Part shown: positions 11,859-23,907 of the stretch, piece by piece | How positions within the stretch are numbered: the first letter of the stretch is position 1 | Layout of the letters: the number at the start of each line of letters is the position of its first letter | Source: Syncephalis fuscata S228 | Lineage: Eukaryota; Fungi; Zoopagomycota | Length of the DNA: 64,000 nt | NCBI GenBank assembly: GCA_025786725.1 | Contig: JAHLTZ010000001.1 | Location: forward strand, 248,001 to 312,000 | Direction: 5' to 3' | Notes under the pieces: model-generated | Databases searched by the model: none | The model's input: only the letters and a program-made list of their open reading frames with translations | What the model was told of the DNA's origin: nothing | Made by a program: the position numbers and the translations under genes

Positions 11859-12505
11859 TAGTTTGTGCACACAATTGTAATAGATTTATACTTGTTAAAA
11901 TGATACATTTTATTTATTTATATAGCTAGTAATTCATTGATTTTGTCTTTCTGAATATATTGATGTGTCAAATTTACATATGTTAACTTAGAAGCTCTAT
12001 GTAATAGTAATTTTTAGATAGAAATCCATTTAAAATACTTTTTTTGACAATGCTGTCATTGTTTTACTGCTGTCATTGTTTTACTGCTGACATTGTTTTA
12101 TGAATACACTTGTCTTTATTGTTTGTTGTTTACTATTTTTATTACAATCATTGTTTCACTGATGACATTGTTCTACCATTATGATTATCTTTATTGTATG
12201 CTACTCGTCATTCTTATTACACTTACTGCTTTACTGATAAAATTGTTCTATAAATATACTTGCTTTTATGCTATTGATTTTTATTCTTTTATTTCGTTAC
12301 TTGGCAACTCTTTCATCTGTATTTTAATTTATTCATAGACTTTTATGTACAATGCCATTCGATTTATGGCTTTTATTAAAATATTGTATATACCATCCCA
12401 TTTATTAATGCTTTAATGTGCTTTGGATGTCAAATGACTAAATTTAAGCATATTTATACTTTTAAATTAAACTTTTTCAATTAAACATAAAACTAGTAAT
12501 AATTT

Positions 12506-13416
12506 ACATCAGAGTCCAAAATACTCATCATCATAGATTCATTATTAGTATGCATATATCCAGTATGCATATATCTTTTATTCATCTATATCATTCTCAT
12601 TATATCCTACACTACTATATATCATTCTATTCCATACTAAGCATATTCTATTTATTATATGCAGCAACACACCACTCATTCCACTCGTTGCATTATATGC
12701 CCTATAGCTTCAACATTGTTTTATGTACTTTCTTACCGTACACTTATCATTTTACATATCATTATATACTCTCATAGTCTTGCTCTACCCAAAACTGGTT
12801 TTATTTTTGTTCTAGCCTTATTATTAAGAAAGTTCGACTAATGTCGGTCATCTGCTCATGCATATATGCTCAATAACTTTAACATTGCTAATCTCGCTCA
12901 ATATTGCATATTCATTATAATGTTTATCATTTTATTGTGTACTGCCATTACGCTGTCTATAGCCGTTGTCGGTATGGCTCCAACTCTTTTATTAATAAAA
13001 TTGACATATCGCACTTAGTTTGGTCACTGAGTTATATTGATAGAACAGATAATATGGATATGAACGGAGTTATGTTTTATTAAAATTATTTATAAACAAA
13101 CTAGATCATGCCAGTTAGTTATGATTTTAATGTTGATCAAGCAAAGTGACGATATATATATAGCAATAACGCATACTGTGATGATATATGCATACTGGAC
13201 AGTAAATATACAATGATAAGTATTTGATGACTGATGTCACCCACCATCCACCATTATGTTCAATAGATTGGATGTTATTAAATATTAGTCATTTGTGCAC
13301 CAAAAAAGCAATAAATGTGATGATGTAATGATTAAATAAAACTCACCACTTGTCCCATGTTCAATAGATTGAGTGTGCAGTTCAATTGCGCGAATGTTAT
13401 TAAAAATAGTCATTTG
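12506..13416. repeat. ~910-bp direct repeat, copy 1
   Basis: Nearly identical to 16461-17369. Confidence 0.95.
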
Positions 13417-13839
13417 ACCCCCAAATCATAATATAATCTAATGATTTGATGATTTAATGAAAATGATTATTCAATAAAATAAACGTTTAGTTTGACTGGG
13501 CGAGTGCTGTCAAACAAGTCAATTAGTACCAATCATAATAATTGTTTATTTTTATTACATCAGCACTTGCACCCACACTATAAAAACAGTCTGCCATCGC
13601 ATAACACACGATTTACGTCACACCTTTCTCTTTCTCTTCCACCACACTTGACAGCATTCATCCACTAGCCACCTTCCCACTTGCACTTGTTTCCATAAGT
13701 TCAGTATATGCTTTGCTTGCTATATGTCATTGTTAGTCTATTAGTATAAGCATGCCTAGTCTTGGTACTACATACCGCCCTGCTGTATGGCGCCATACAG
13801 CAGTGCTAGCGGTATCGTTTTACCTTGTGGGCAGCTGCT

Positions 13840-14200
13840 AGTATGCTAACTATGGCAATATATGCTACCAAACATATACCGTTATCTTTCTCTTTCTCAT
13901 CCTCTTTCTCATCCTCTTTCTCTTCATCCTTTTTCACTAACCTTCCATTACTTACCGTACTAGCAACAGTGTATGCTGGATATATGCTACCAAACATACA
14001 CTGTTGTTATCTTTCTCCTCCTCCTCCTCCTCTTCCTCTTCCTCCTCCTCTTCTTCTCTAACCTTCCATTACTCACCGTACTAGCAACAGTGTATGCTGG
14101 ATATATGCTACCAAGCATATACTGTTCCTTTCTCACCCTTCCTCATCATTTCCTTATACCTTCCATTGCTCACCGTGCTAGCAATAGTGTGTTTAGCTAC
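13840..14200. repeat. Degenerate ~100-120-bp tandem repeat (ccttccattac(t/c)accgtactagcaacagtgtatgctggatatatgctacc) with pyrimidine-rich spacers
   Basis: Clear copies at ~13940 and ~14063, partial copies at ~13855 and ~14160. Confidence 0.8.
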
Positions 14201-14719
14201 GGTAGTAGCATATAGTAGCACTCTGTACTGGCCATACAGCAGTGCCATTATATGCACTGCCTGTAAACACCTGCTAGCACGATGTGCATTGGCAGCTCTT
14301 CTTCTCTTTCCCTTTTCACTTTTAACAAACCACTTACCGGTCCTTCTTTATGATACACTGATTATGCAATGGTAAGTAACTAACTTAAATCAGTCACTAA
14401 CTCTGCATATAATGCTTTAGATTTACAAGCCATCAAGTATCAAGTTCAAGAGCAATGGCGATTAGTGTGTTAGCGGCCGGCTACCAAGCAATATAACATT
14501 GATGTTATATTGATGACTTTAGATTTTGTTTACTAACTTACTAACCTGTATTGATAATTACAGATTTATATCATAAATAAAAATCACCAAATTGTTTTAG
14601 TGTGCTAGCGGCCGGCTACACAACATTGCAACATACTAACTTTATATGTATTGTTTTAGATTTAGGTACTTGGACACTAACACTAACACTTGTTGATTAT
14701 TATAGATTTTAGATAGCCG

Positions 14720-15740
14720 AACACCAACACCAGTACCAACACTAGCACCAACATTGGCATCAGCACCAGTACCAACATCAACGCCAACATCAACATCGGC
14801 ACCAACACAACACCAACACAACATCAACATCAACACCAACACCAACATCGGCACCGGCACCAACACCAACATCGGCACCGGCACCAACAACACCAGCACC
14901 AGCAACACCAACACCAATACCAGCACCAGCACCAGCACCAATACCAACACCACCAACACCAATACCAATACCAGCACCAGCAACATCAATACCACCATCG
15001 GCACCAACACCAACACCAACATCGGCACCGGCACCAACAACACCAGCACCAGCAACACCAACACCAATACCAGCACCAGCACCAGCACCAATACCAACAC
15101 CACCATCGGCACCAACATCAACACCAACACCGACACCAACACACCAACACCAGTACCAACAACACCAGCAACACCGACACCAATACCAGCACCAGCACCA
15201 CACCAATACCAACACCAGCAACATCAACACCACCAGCAACACCAACATCGGCACCGGCATCAACAATACCAGTACCAACAACACCAGCACCAGCACCAGC
15301 AACACCAACACCACACCAGCAACACCAACACCAGCAACACACACCAGCACCGACACCGCACCAGTACTAGCATCAACAACATCCAACACCGACACCAACA
15401 CCACCATCCACCAACACCAACGTCGACAACAGCACCAGTACTAGCACTAGCACCAACAACATCAACACCGACACCAACAACACCAACACCAACATCGACA
15501 ACAGCACCAGCACTAGCACTAGCACCAACAACATCAACACCAGCAACACCAACACCAACATCAGCAACACCGACATCAACATTGGCACCAGCACCAACAC
15601 CAACACCAGTACCAACAACACCAGCAACACCGACATCAACACCGACAACAGCACCAGTACTAGCACCAACAACATCGACAACAGCACCAGCACCAACACC
15701 AACACCAGTACCAAAAACACCAGCAACACCGGCACCAACA
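14720..15740. repeat. A/C-rich low-complexity hexamer-type minisatellite (acc/aac/agc units) with internal ~130-bp duplications
   Basis: Visible repeat; long ORFs in several frames on both strands follow from the composition. Confidence 0.9.
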
Positions 15741-16460
15741 CTAACATTATTATTGTTATTTAGATTTTAGATAGCCGGCCACGGACACCTAACGTAAGTA
15801 TTATTATTATTAATAGCCGGCCGCTAGCACACTAAAACCAAATATGCAATATCAATTCAAGACAATTGTCTACTAACGTACTAACATTGTATTTATTATT
15901 TTAGAATTATAGATAGCCGGCCGCTAACACACTAATCGCCATTTTAAATAAGTAAGTAATGTGATACAGCAGTTGTAGCAGTATCCATCATAATTTGTAT
16001 GTGGTGGTATACTGTCACCAATAAACGGTGGTTATACCATCACAACAATAGCAACAATAGCAACAATAGCAACAATAGCAACTTCACAAGTACTTGATGT
16101 GACATCATCAAGACTAATTGATACTATTGCTATCAATTAACAGCAAGATTAAAAAGAAATATTGGATCAATTAATAATATATTATTTATTGGTAATATCA
16201 AACAATAATAAGTTTGATATTACCAAACAATATCAGAGCAAAGCATTAAATAAAAGCACATAGCTACTAAATAAGTAGATGCAAAGGTTTATACTTGTGC
16301 ATCTCAATCAATAACAATATGATCAATATACTTTATTGCATTTAATAAAGTGAATTGTAATAATAAATATTATACAATTATTATATTTGCACATACTAAC
16401 TAATCATTTATTAATTAAATAATTTACTAATCATTATAATATGATTATGAATGATGAATG

Positions 16461-17369
16461 ACGTCAGGGTCCAAAATACTCATCATCATAGATTCATTAT
16501 TAGTATGCATATATCCAGTATGCATATATCTTCTATTCATCTATATCATTCTCATTATATCCTACACTACTATATATCATTCTATTCCATACTAAGCATA
16601 TTCTATTTATTATATGCAGCAACACACCACTCATTCCACTCGTTGCATTATATGCCCTATAGCTTCAACATTGTTTTATGTACTTTCTTACCGTACACTT
16701 ATCATTTTACATATCATTATATACTCTCATAGTCTTGCTCTATCCAATGCTTTTTATTTTTGTTCTAGCCTTATTATTAAGAAAGTTCGACTAATGTCGG
16801 TCATCTACTCATGCATATATGCTCAATAACTTTAACATTGTTAATCTCGCTCAATATTGCATATTCATTATAATGTTTATCATTTTATTGTGTACTGCCA
16901 TTACGCTGTCTATAGCCGTTGTCGGTATGGCTCCAACTCTTTTATTAATAAAATTGACATATCGCACTTAGTTTGGTCACTGAGTTATATTGATAGAACA
17001 GATAATATGGATATGAACGGAGTTATGTTTTATTAAAATTATTTATAAACAAACTAGATCATGCCAGTTAGTTATGATTTTAATGTTGATCAAGCAAAGT
17101 GACGATATATATATAGCAATAACGCATACTGTGATGATATATGCATACTGGACAGTAAATATACAATGATAAGTATTTGATGACTGATGTCACCCACCAT
17201 CCACCATTATGTTCAATAGATTGGATGTTATTAAATATTAGTCATTTGTGCACCAAAAAAGCAATAAATGTGATGATGTAATGATTAAATAAAACTCACC
17301 ACTTGTCCCATGTTCAATAGATTGAGTGTGCAGTTCAATTGCGCGAATGTTATTAAAAATAGTCATTTG
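16461..17369. repeat. ~910-bp direct repeat, copy 2
   Basis: Nearly identical to 12506-13416. Confidence 0.95.
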
Positions 17370-17633
17370 GCACCAAATTATATTAAACTATTAATAAGTT
17401 GTTTAATATTAGTGTAATGAGAATAATACAAATAAATTACTGATAGTATTGTTAAAATGAGCAATGTCAATGTAGCTGTATTAAATGTAACTAACTGTAA
17501 TATGTTTATTTATTTATTATTTAATAAACTAAATCAAATGTATGATAACATACTGTTACTATTTTACTTAGAGTAAAATAGTAAATATATTGCTAACGGT
17601 ATACTAATCTTGAATGACCTATAATAAAGCTTG

Positions 17634-19139
17634 TTAGTATTTTATAATACTTATATCAAGTACAACATCTATTATTCGTATGCACAAAGTACACACCATT
17701 CTTTTTGATTTTATTCGTTTAGGTCTTGATGATACTAAAGTATCAGCTTCTTTTGATGTCATAACCGCTATCTCTTCTTTAATTTGGGGTGATGCAGGCC
17801 TTTTAGATTTGGTGGTTATTACCACAGTTGACGCCTTTGCAAGTTTGATTTGTTTAACACTATGCGGCTGTTGCAGTGCAAGTACAACAGCACTAGTACG
17901 ACCGCCGTGCTATTACAATCAAATAAGCTTTGTACATATAAACATTACCAAGTACCTACCGTTTCAAATGTAATTGGATGGCCCTCAGTGGTCACTGGTC
18001 CGCGGTGACCGTTATTACTTGCCTCGTCGTCTGTATCTTGTTGTTTATTACCTAGTATTTTATATTAGCAATGCAATAATGTATAGTATTTATTATAATA
18101 GTATATCAGCTCATTAATACTTACGTTTTTCACGTCCTTTTCCCCAACGTCTATGGAAAAGCCAATCAGCAGGAAATTGTTTAGAGTCTGCATTGACGGC
18201 ACAGGCTTGTTTGCATATCGCATGCACTTGTTCATGCAATTGATCAACTTCCTTGTTAGTTAGTGAATTAGCCGGCCGTCCTGGATGGATTCTACTTTGG
18301 TATAGCACCTCTAGTAGCTGAGTGTTATCCAAGTGTTATACCATTAAGAATAATAATTACCATCAGCAATCCAATTGCCTACACCTGCTGAAAAATGTTG
18401 GTCAAGTAAAAGCGCTTTAATTGGTGTACGCCGTTTACTGACTGCTTCAGCAAATGTTGTTTTACTAGGCATAGATAGGATTGGATCAAATCCAAGCTCG
18501 GAGATTGGTGGTTCATTTAAAGGGCGATCAACTAAACGAATACGCCCAAGTCGACGTGGATCAGTAAATGCCCAAAGTATGTTATCTTCTATTGGTGCCG
18601 TTGTAGTTGCTGGTTTTTTATTACTCGTTTTACTATTTGGTGCCAGTTCCATAATCAATTTCCAATACCGTGGTGGCCATTCGCTTTTTTCTTTTACATT
18701 TTTACCGGATCGTCGATATTCAAATGGTGCTTCACTAGCAAACTATACAATAAAATTAATATTTTACTTAATTTAATACTCAGTATTATTAGTAAATCAA
18801 TATTATATTTATTACCTGAATGTTGCCTGTCATACCAAAATGACATACCAATGCTGGTGATTGCTCAAATTGTATAAAGAATAATTTCCCCCTTCGATCT
18901 ACACTTTTGACACGTTGGCCACCCAGTGCCTTAAAAAGTGTCGGTTCAGTGTTGCAAAACACAATAGGATCGTCAGACTAATAATTAGAATAAACGCAAG
19001 GCGCTTAGTGTTATCATTTTGTTGAACAATAGTATATTAATGATTATATACATACCACACGGACTGATATCACCTGTCGGTCTAGACACCGTTCCTCTAA
19101 TAGACGGCGTGCCCGTTCAACTTCTGGTAATTCTGGCAT
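17634..19139 (-). CDS. Formamidopyrimidine-DNA glycosylase (Fpg/MutM/Nei, plant/fungal zincless type), multi-exon
   Basis: MPELPEVERARR catalytic N-terminus; HFGMTG; FTDPRRLGRIRL; IKALLLDQHFSAGVGNWIADEVLYQSRIHP (H2TH); WLFHRRWGKG; GGRTSA. The C-terminus reads into the insertion end. Confidence 0.93.
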
Positions 19140-20645
19140 GATATTAGTTGTATAGTAATCACTTTACTGTAATAGTAAGATAAAATAACACACTGTTAAT
19201 TGATACATTTATGGACTAGTCTATATAGACACATACATATATATATATATAATATAAAAGTAATAACACGTTAACGCGTAAACTAAGCGTTGTCAATTAA
19301 CAAAGAAAACAAACTTTCAATTTTACTAAATAGCAACAAGTTAATCAAATGAACATGTGATCATAATTTGATTGGCCTGTTGAGTGGTGGACTGTGTGTG
19401 TTATGCGTATAGAATAATTACTATCAAGGCAACAGTGCTCAGCTGACTACCTTGTCCCCTTTTCTTCACTGTGTGTATACTGTGCCCATAACTATCGTCT
19501 CTATTCCTTCTCCGACTGGATTCTTCATTCTATTCGTGTCATTTTCTGCTATTGCTGCCTACTACTGCCACTGCCTCTACCACTAAAACAACGGCTACTA
19601 TAGTCTGTTCTAGTGACTGCGCCTTGGCCGTGTTTGTTCTTTGTGCCAACATAGTGACGGATCTACTTATTTCTCGTTTCTATACAGGTGTACCTGCATA
19701 GGTTCATTACCGCAACCAAACTATAGCTGTAGTCACGGTTGTGTAGGCGCGTACCTGATATTCCGTTACTGCCACACTATTCTTCACTTGCTCTTATTTC
19801 TATAAGCTATTGGCGTCGCTTGGTAGACATCAGGGATTAACAGCCGCAAGACTTACTGTGTAAGGAAGAGTGTTTGTATTTACGAGGTAATTGCCGCTAT
19901 TGATCTTCCGCTTCACTTGTACTGCTTTCTTCCGTCGCTATTATTACTTTTGTATTTGACGTCACCATTACTTACCTTCTTTGTTCCTTGTTCTTCTTTG
20001 CCTGTTTCACAGCACTTTTATAGTTGCCAATAATAGGACGAGTAAAGGCCAATAGCTCTATTGTAAGTATAGCGTATAGATAGAATAAATACGTTGATAT
20101 GTGTAGTGTGTGGATGTGTGTGTGTGTGTGTGTGTGTGTGGATAGATGATGGATTTGTATGATATGGATAGTGAGAATGAGTAGATTTGCGTATAGGTGT
20201 GTCACAGACATATTTGTCTCCCTGGTTCCCCTCTTACTTTCACTCACGCACTCACTTATTCTCGTTCTTTCTCCTTCGACTTTACTGCAATATCAACACT
20301 ACGTTTATTGCTACTTAGCACTCCTTTTTTATAAGTTAACTGGCTTGTCGGTGAAAGCAACGACAAAGACGATCTGTCGTGTTTGTCTGCTGTTATTTAC
20401 CTTTGCGTCACTTTTTCGTACATTTAGCCACTTCTTTGCCTATTACTTTCTGTTCATCTTTCTACTTGGCATTTGTTTGGTAAGAAGTGCAGTGTGGAGT
20501 CATTAAAGGTGTATATGTCTTTTTAATTGCCATCCTAACTATTCTGTTAATAATTGCTTGGCACTGGGACTACTGGCTAACGCTTTTATTCTGTTTAGTT
20601 GGTCGTGCATTAGTAGGCATTATTGAAATAGCTTAAAGTATCGTC

Positions 20646-22817
20646 ATGGGCAATTGCGGCAGTGCTTGTTGTCATAACAGCAGTTATGGTAAGTTTTCAA
20701 ATGTTCCTACTAGCAGTCAATAGATTTTTCTAGAATGTAGAGCGTTGGTTGGTTAGCTGACCACGCGATACTATTGCATCAATTACCCATTAAGCTCCTA
20801 TTAATACTGCTATTTTTATATAGCATTAATCAGTCGCGGCAATCAAGCTTTATACGAACCACTACTGCAAGATAATGAAAGAGAAGCAGTGGCCGATTTG
20901 CTACAGTATCTAGAGAGTAAGTTTTGATCTATGATATGTATCAATAGTGGCTTATTGTGATCTACTCATTAGATCGTAGCGAGACCGATTTCTTCCAAGG
21001 CGAACCATTAAGGGCGTTGTCGACTCTATCATTTTCTGAAAACCTTGATTTACAAAGATCAGCTGCTCTTGCCTTTGCAGAGATTACTGAGAAAGGTATG
21101 TGGTACCCTTTTACAGCTGTATTTATTGGCATACTTATAGTTGTATATATTAGATGTTCGTGAAGTAGATCGAGACACATTGGAACCTATTATGTTCTTA
21201 TTGCAATCGACTGATGTTGAAGTACAACGTGCTGCTTCGGCCGCTTTGGGCAATCTTGCCGTTAATCGTAAGTCTTTTTGTTTTATTTCTGCACTATTAT
21301 TCGTTTCTAATAGTATCAATAGCTGAAAATAAGGTTTTAGTTGTAAGACTAGGCGGTCTAGACCCATTAATTCGTCAAATGACGTCAACAAATGTTGAAG
21401 TGCAATGCAATGCCGTTGGCTGCATTACGAATCTGGCCACACATGGTAAGCTGATGCTAATAATGCCATTGCTATTATTGCTGTTGCTATAACCAGTAAT
21501 AATCAATGAATCTGTTCTATTGTAATTATATTATAGATGAAAATAAATTACGTATTGCTCGTAGTGGTGCATTGGTACCACTTACTCGATTGGCTAGATC
21601 TAAAGATCTGCGCGTACAGCGTAATGCAACTGGCGCTCTATTAAATATGACGCATTCAGGCAAGTACTAAAAATGGCTATTCTATCATAATACTTACATA
21701 GACGAATTTAGATGAAAATCGTATGCAATTGGTACACGCTGGTGCTATTCCCGTACTTATTGGCTTATTAAACTCGCCCGATCAAGATGTACAATATTAT
21801 TGCACGACTGCCATCAGTAATATTGCTGTTGATGCTGTTAATCGTCGTAAATTATCGCAGACTGAGTCACGTCTCGTACAATCACTTATTAATCTGATGG
21901 ACTCGCCGGTAATGAAAGTACAATGCCAGGCGGCACTTGCACTACGCAATCTTGCCTCAGATAGTAAATATCAATTGGATATTGTACGTGCTGGTGGTCT
22001 TCAGCCATTGCTACGTTTATTGCAATCAAGCTATTTGCCATTGATTTTATCTTCAGTTGCATGCATTCGCAACATTTCAATCCATCCAGCCAATGAATCG
22101 CCCATTATTGATGCTGGTTTTCTTCGTCCACTGATTGATCTATTGGCATTTGATGAAAATGAAGAAATTCAATGTCATGCCATTAGTACGCTACGCAACT
22201 TGGCTGCCAGCTCGGAACATAACAAGCGGGCTATTGTCGATGCTGGTGCCGTTGATCGTATTCGCGATTTGGTACTTGTATTACCCACAAGTGTACAAAG
22301 CGAAATGACAGCAGCTGTTGCCGTTCTTGCTTTATGCGATGAGCTTAAGCCTCGTCTGCTTGAATTAGGCATTTGCAGCGTACTGATTCCACTCACCAAT
22401 TCAGATAGTTTTGAAGTACAAGGTAATAGTGCAGCCGCTCTTGGCAATCTCTCATCCAAAGTCGACGACTACTCGGCATTCCTTTCGGTGTGGGATGAAC
22501 CATCGGGTGGTCTACACGGCTATTTGACCCGCTTTCTCGAAAATCACGATCCTACGTTCCAGCATATTGCCGTCTGGACTGTCGTGCAATTCATTGAAGG
22601 CAAAGAGGAACGTTTACTACGCCATATCCAGGATTCGCCTACAATTCTGCCAGCCATCCAACGACTAGCGACCAACACTGAGAATGTCACGCCTACAGCA
22701 TCGGTCAGTTCGGCTACCGGTACTATTGGCACGCAAAAAGGCAATCGCGACGATGAAAGTGGAGATGAAAATGAAATTACTGCACTAGCACGAAAGGTAT
22801 TGGCATCGATTGTCTAG
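20646..22817 (+). CDS. VAC8: Vacuolar armadillo-repeat protein Vac8, multi-exon (includes a GC-AG intron at ~21660)
   Basis: MGNCGSACC myristoylation/palmitoylation N-terminus; [13 protein letters not shown]; [15 protein letters not shown]; ARM repeats. Confidence 0.96.
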
Positions 22818-23907
22818 AAGCCATAGTTACTATCGTGTGTTATCGAATTACCCATTAATTACAACACAATGTCAAGTAGTTTATTATTACATGGCATTGA
22901 ATAGTTAATGTATTCGTGCCATACCGATTTCATTTCTTCTTTGTTGTCATCACATCACATTATCATTGTCGTTGCCGTCTTCTTTTTCTTTTATTCGTCT
23001 CAGCGGTATGCATGTTTGCTAGTTAATTGGTTATAATACCAATCGAGCAGTACTTATTTGATTTTGACCAACCACTGTTCTTTGTTGTTGTTGTTGTCGC
23101 TGTCGTTGTTGTTGCTACTATTGCCAAGGCTGGGCATTGTTGTTCGTCGATGTTGACATTGGTGCAGTATACATTCGGACATATCTATTGGCGTGCAAAT
23201 ACGTGTGCATGTGTCTATCTATCTGAATGCATATCTGCGCAGGTTATGTGTACAGCTCTGTTTGCATGCTTTCGTGTCCAAGATTTGCATTGTCCTTCCT
23301 CATCATCCTCGTTAGTTTGTACTTGTCATTTCATACGCGATGAAAATATATCATTCATGGGTCAAATCGTCTCAATCGACTGAGTGTCTAATTGTTTATT
23401 TTAAATATATGAATGAATTATAATGTCATGCCTCTTTTAGATGGAATATTGGTATTAATAATTTGGTGTTAAATCATTATTAATTTTCACGCAAAAGCTT
23501 AATTAATTTACAATTACAAACTAGGTAATCGTTAATGCCTTGGCAATTTTAATTCAAACTCCGTTAATAAATAATAAATTCAGTTTATATTACACATTAT
23601 ATTGCATTTCACAGTAATATTTAGTATTGTATAATGTTCAATAGATGAACTGTAATAAACAAACTAAAATGAATACTGCTGTGTCATTATTGGTAATACG
23701 ACTGATTATAGCTATTGTATGTAGCCCAAGTTGGTCAATATGACGCTCGTGTTACAGTATTGCATCCATTCATGGCCTTTGCGTCGAGGACTATTGCGCT
23801 CTTCATTTGTATTGTCGTATCATTCGGTTTATTTTGCTGTATAAATCTAAAGTAAATTAGTAGCTATTTATATTGTAAAACAACAACTAGCTATATATGA
23901 TACAAGC

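Larger units (their letters stand above)
11859..17691. mobile_element. 5.8-kb non-autonomous insertion with imperfect ~40-bp TIRs
   Basis: Left end tagtttgtgcacacaattgtaatagatttatacttg versus reverse complement of right end tactttgtgcatacgaataatagatgttgtacttg. It lies between the two Fpg 3' copies. No transposase ORF seen. Confidence 0.7.

Noticed and set aside
13840-14200. CRISPR-like repeat-spacer array
   Set aside because: Eukaryotic context, long degenerate repeats, low-complexity spacers and no cas genes.
14642-15770. Long overlapping ORFs on both strands (Thr/Asn/Pro-rich, Val/Leu-rich)
   Set aside because: Explained by a stop-poor A/C minisatellite; no domain evidence. A spliced + strand product cannot be fully excluded.
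12506-17369. Autonomous LTR retrotransposon
   Set aside because: No gag/pol, no TG..CA ends, and no PBS or short TSD seen.
19400-20640. Short ORFs and (TG)n upstream of VAC8
   Set aside because: No protein signature; more consistent with promoter, 5'UTR or intron sequence plus a microsatellite.
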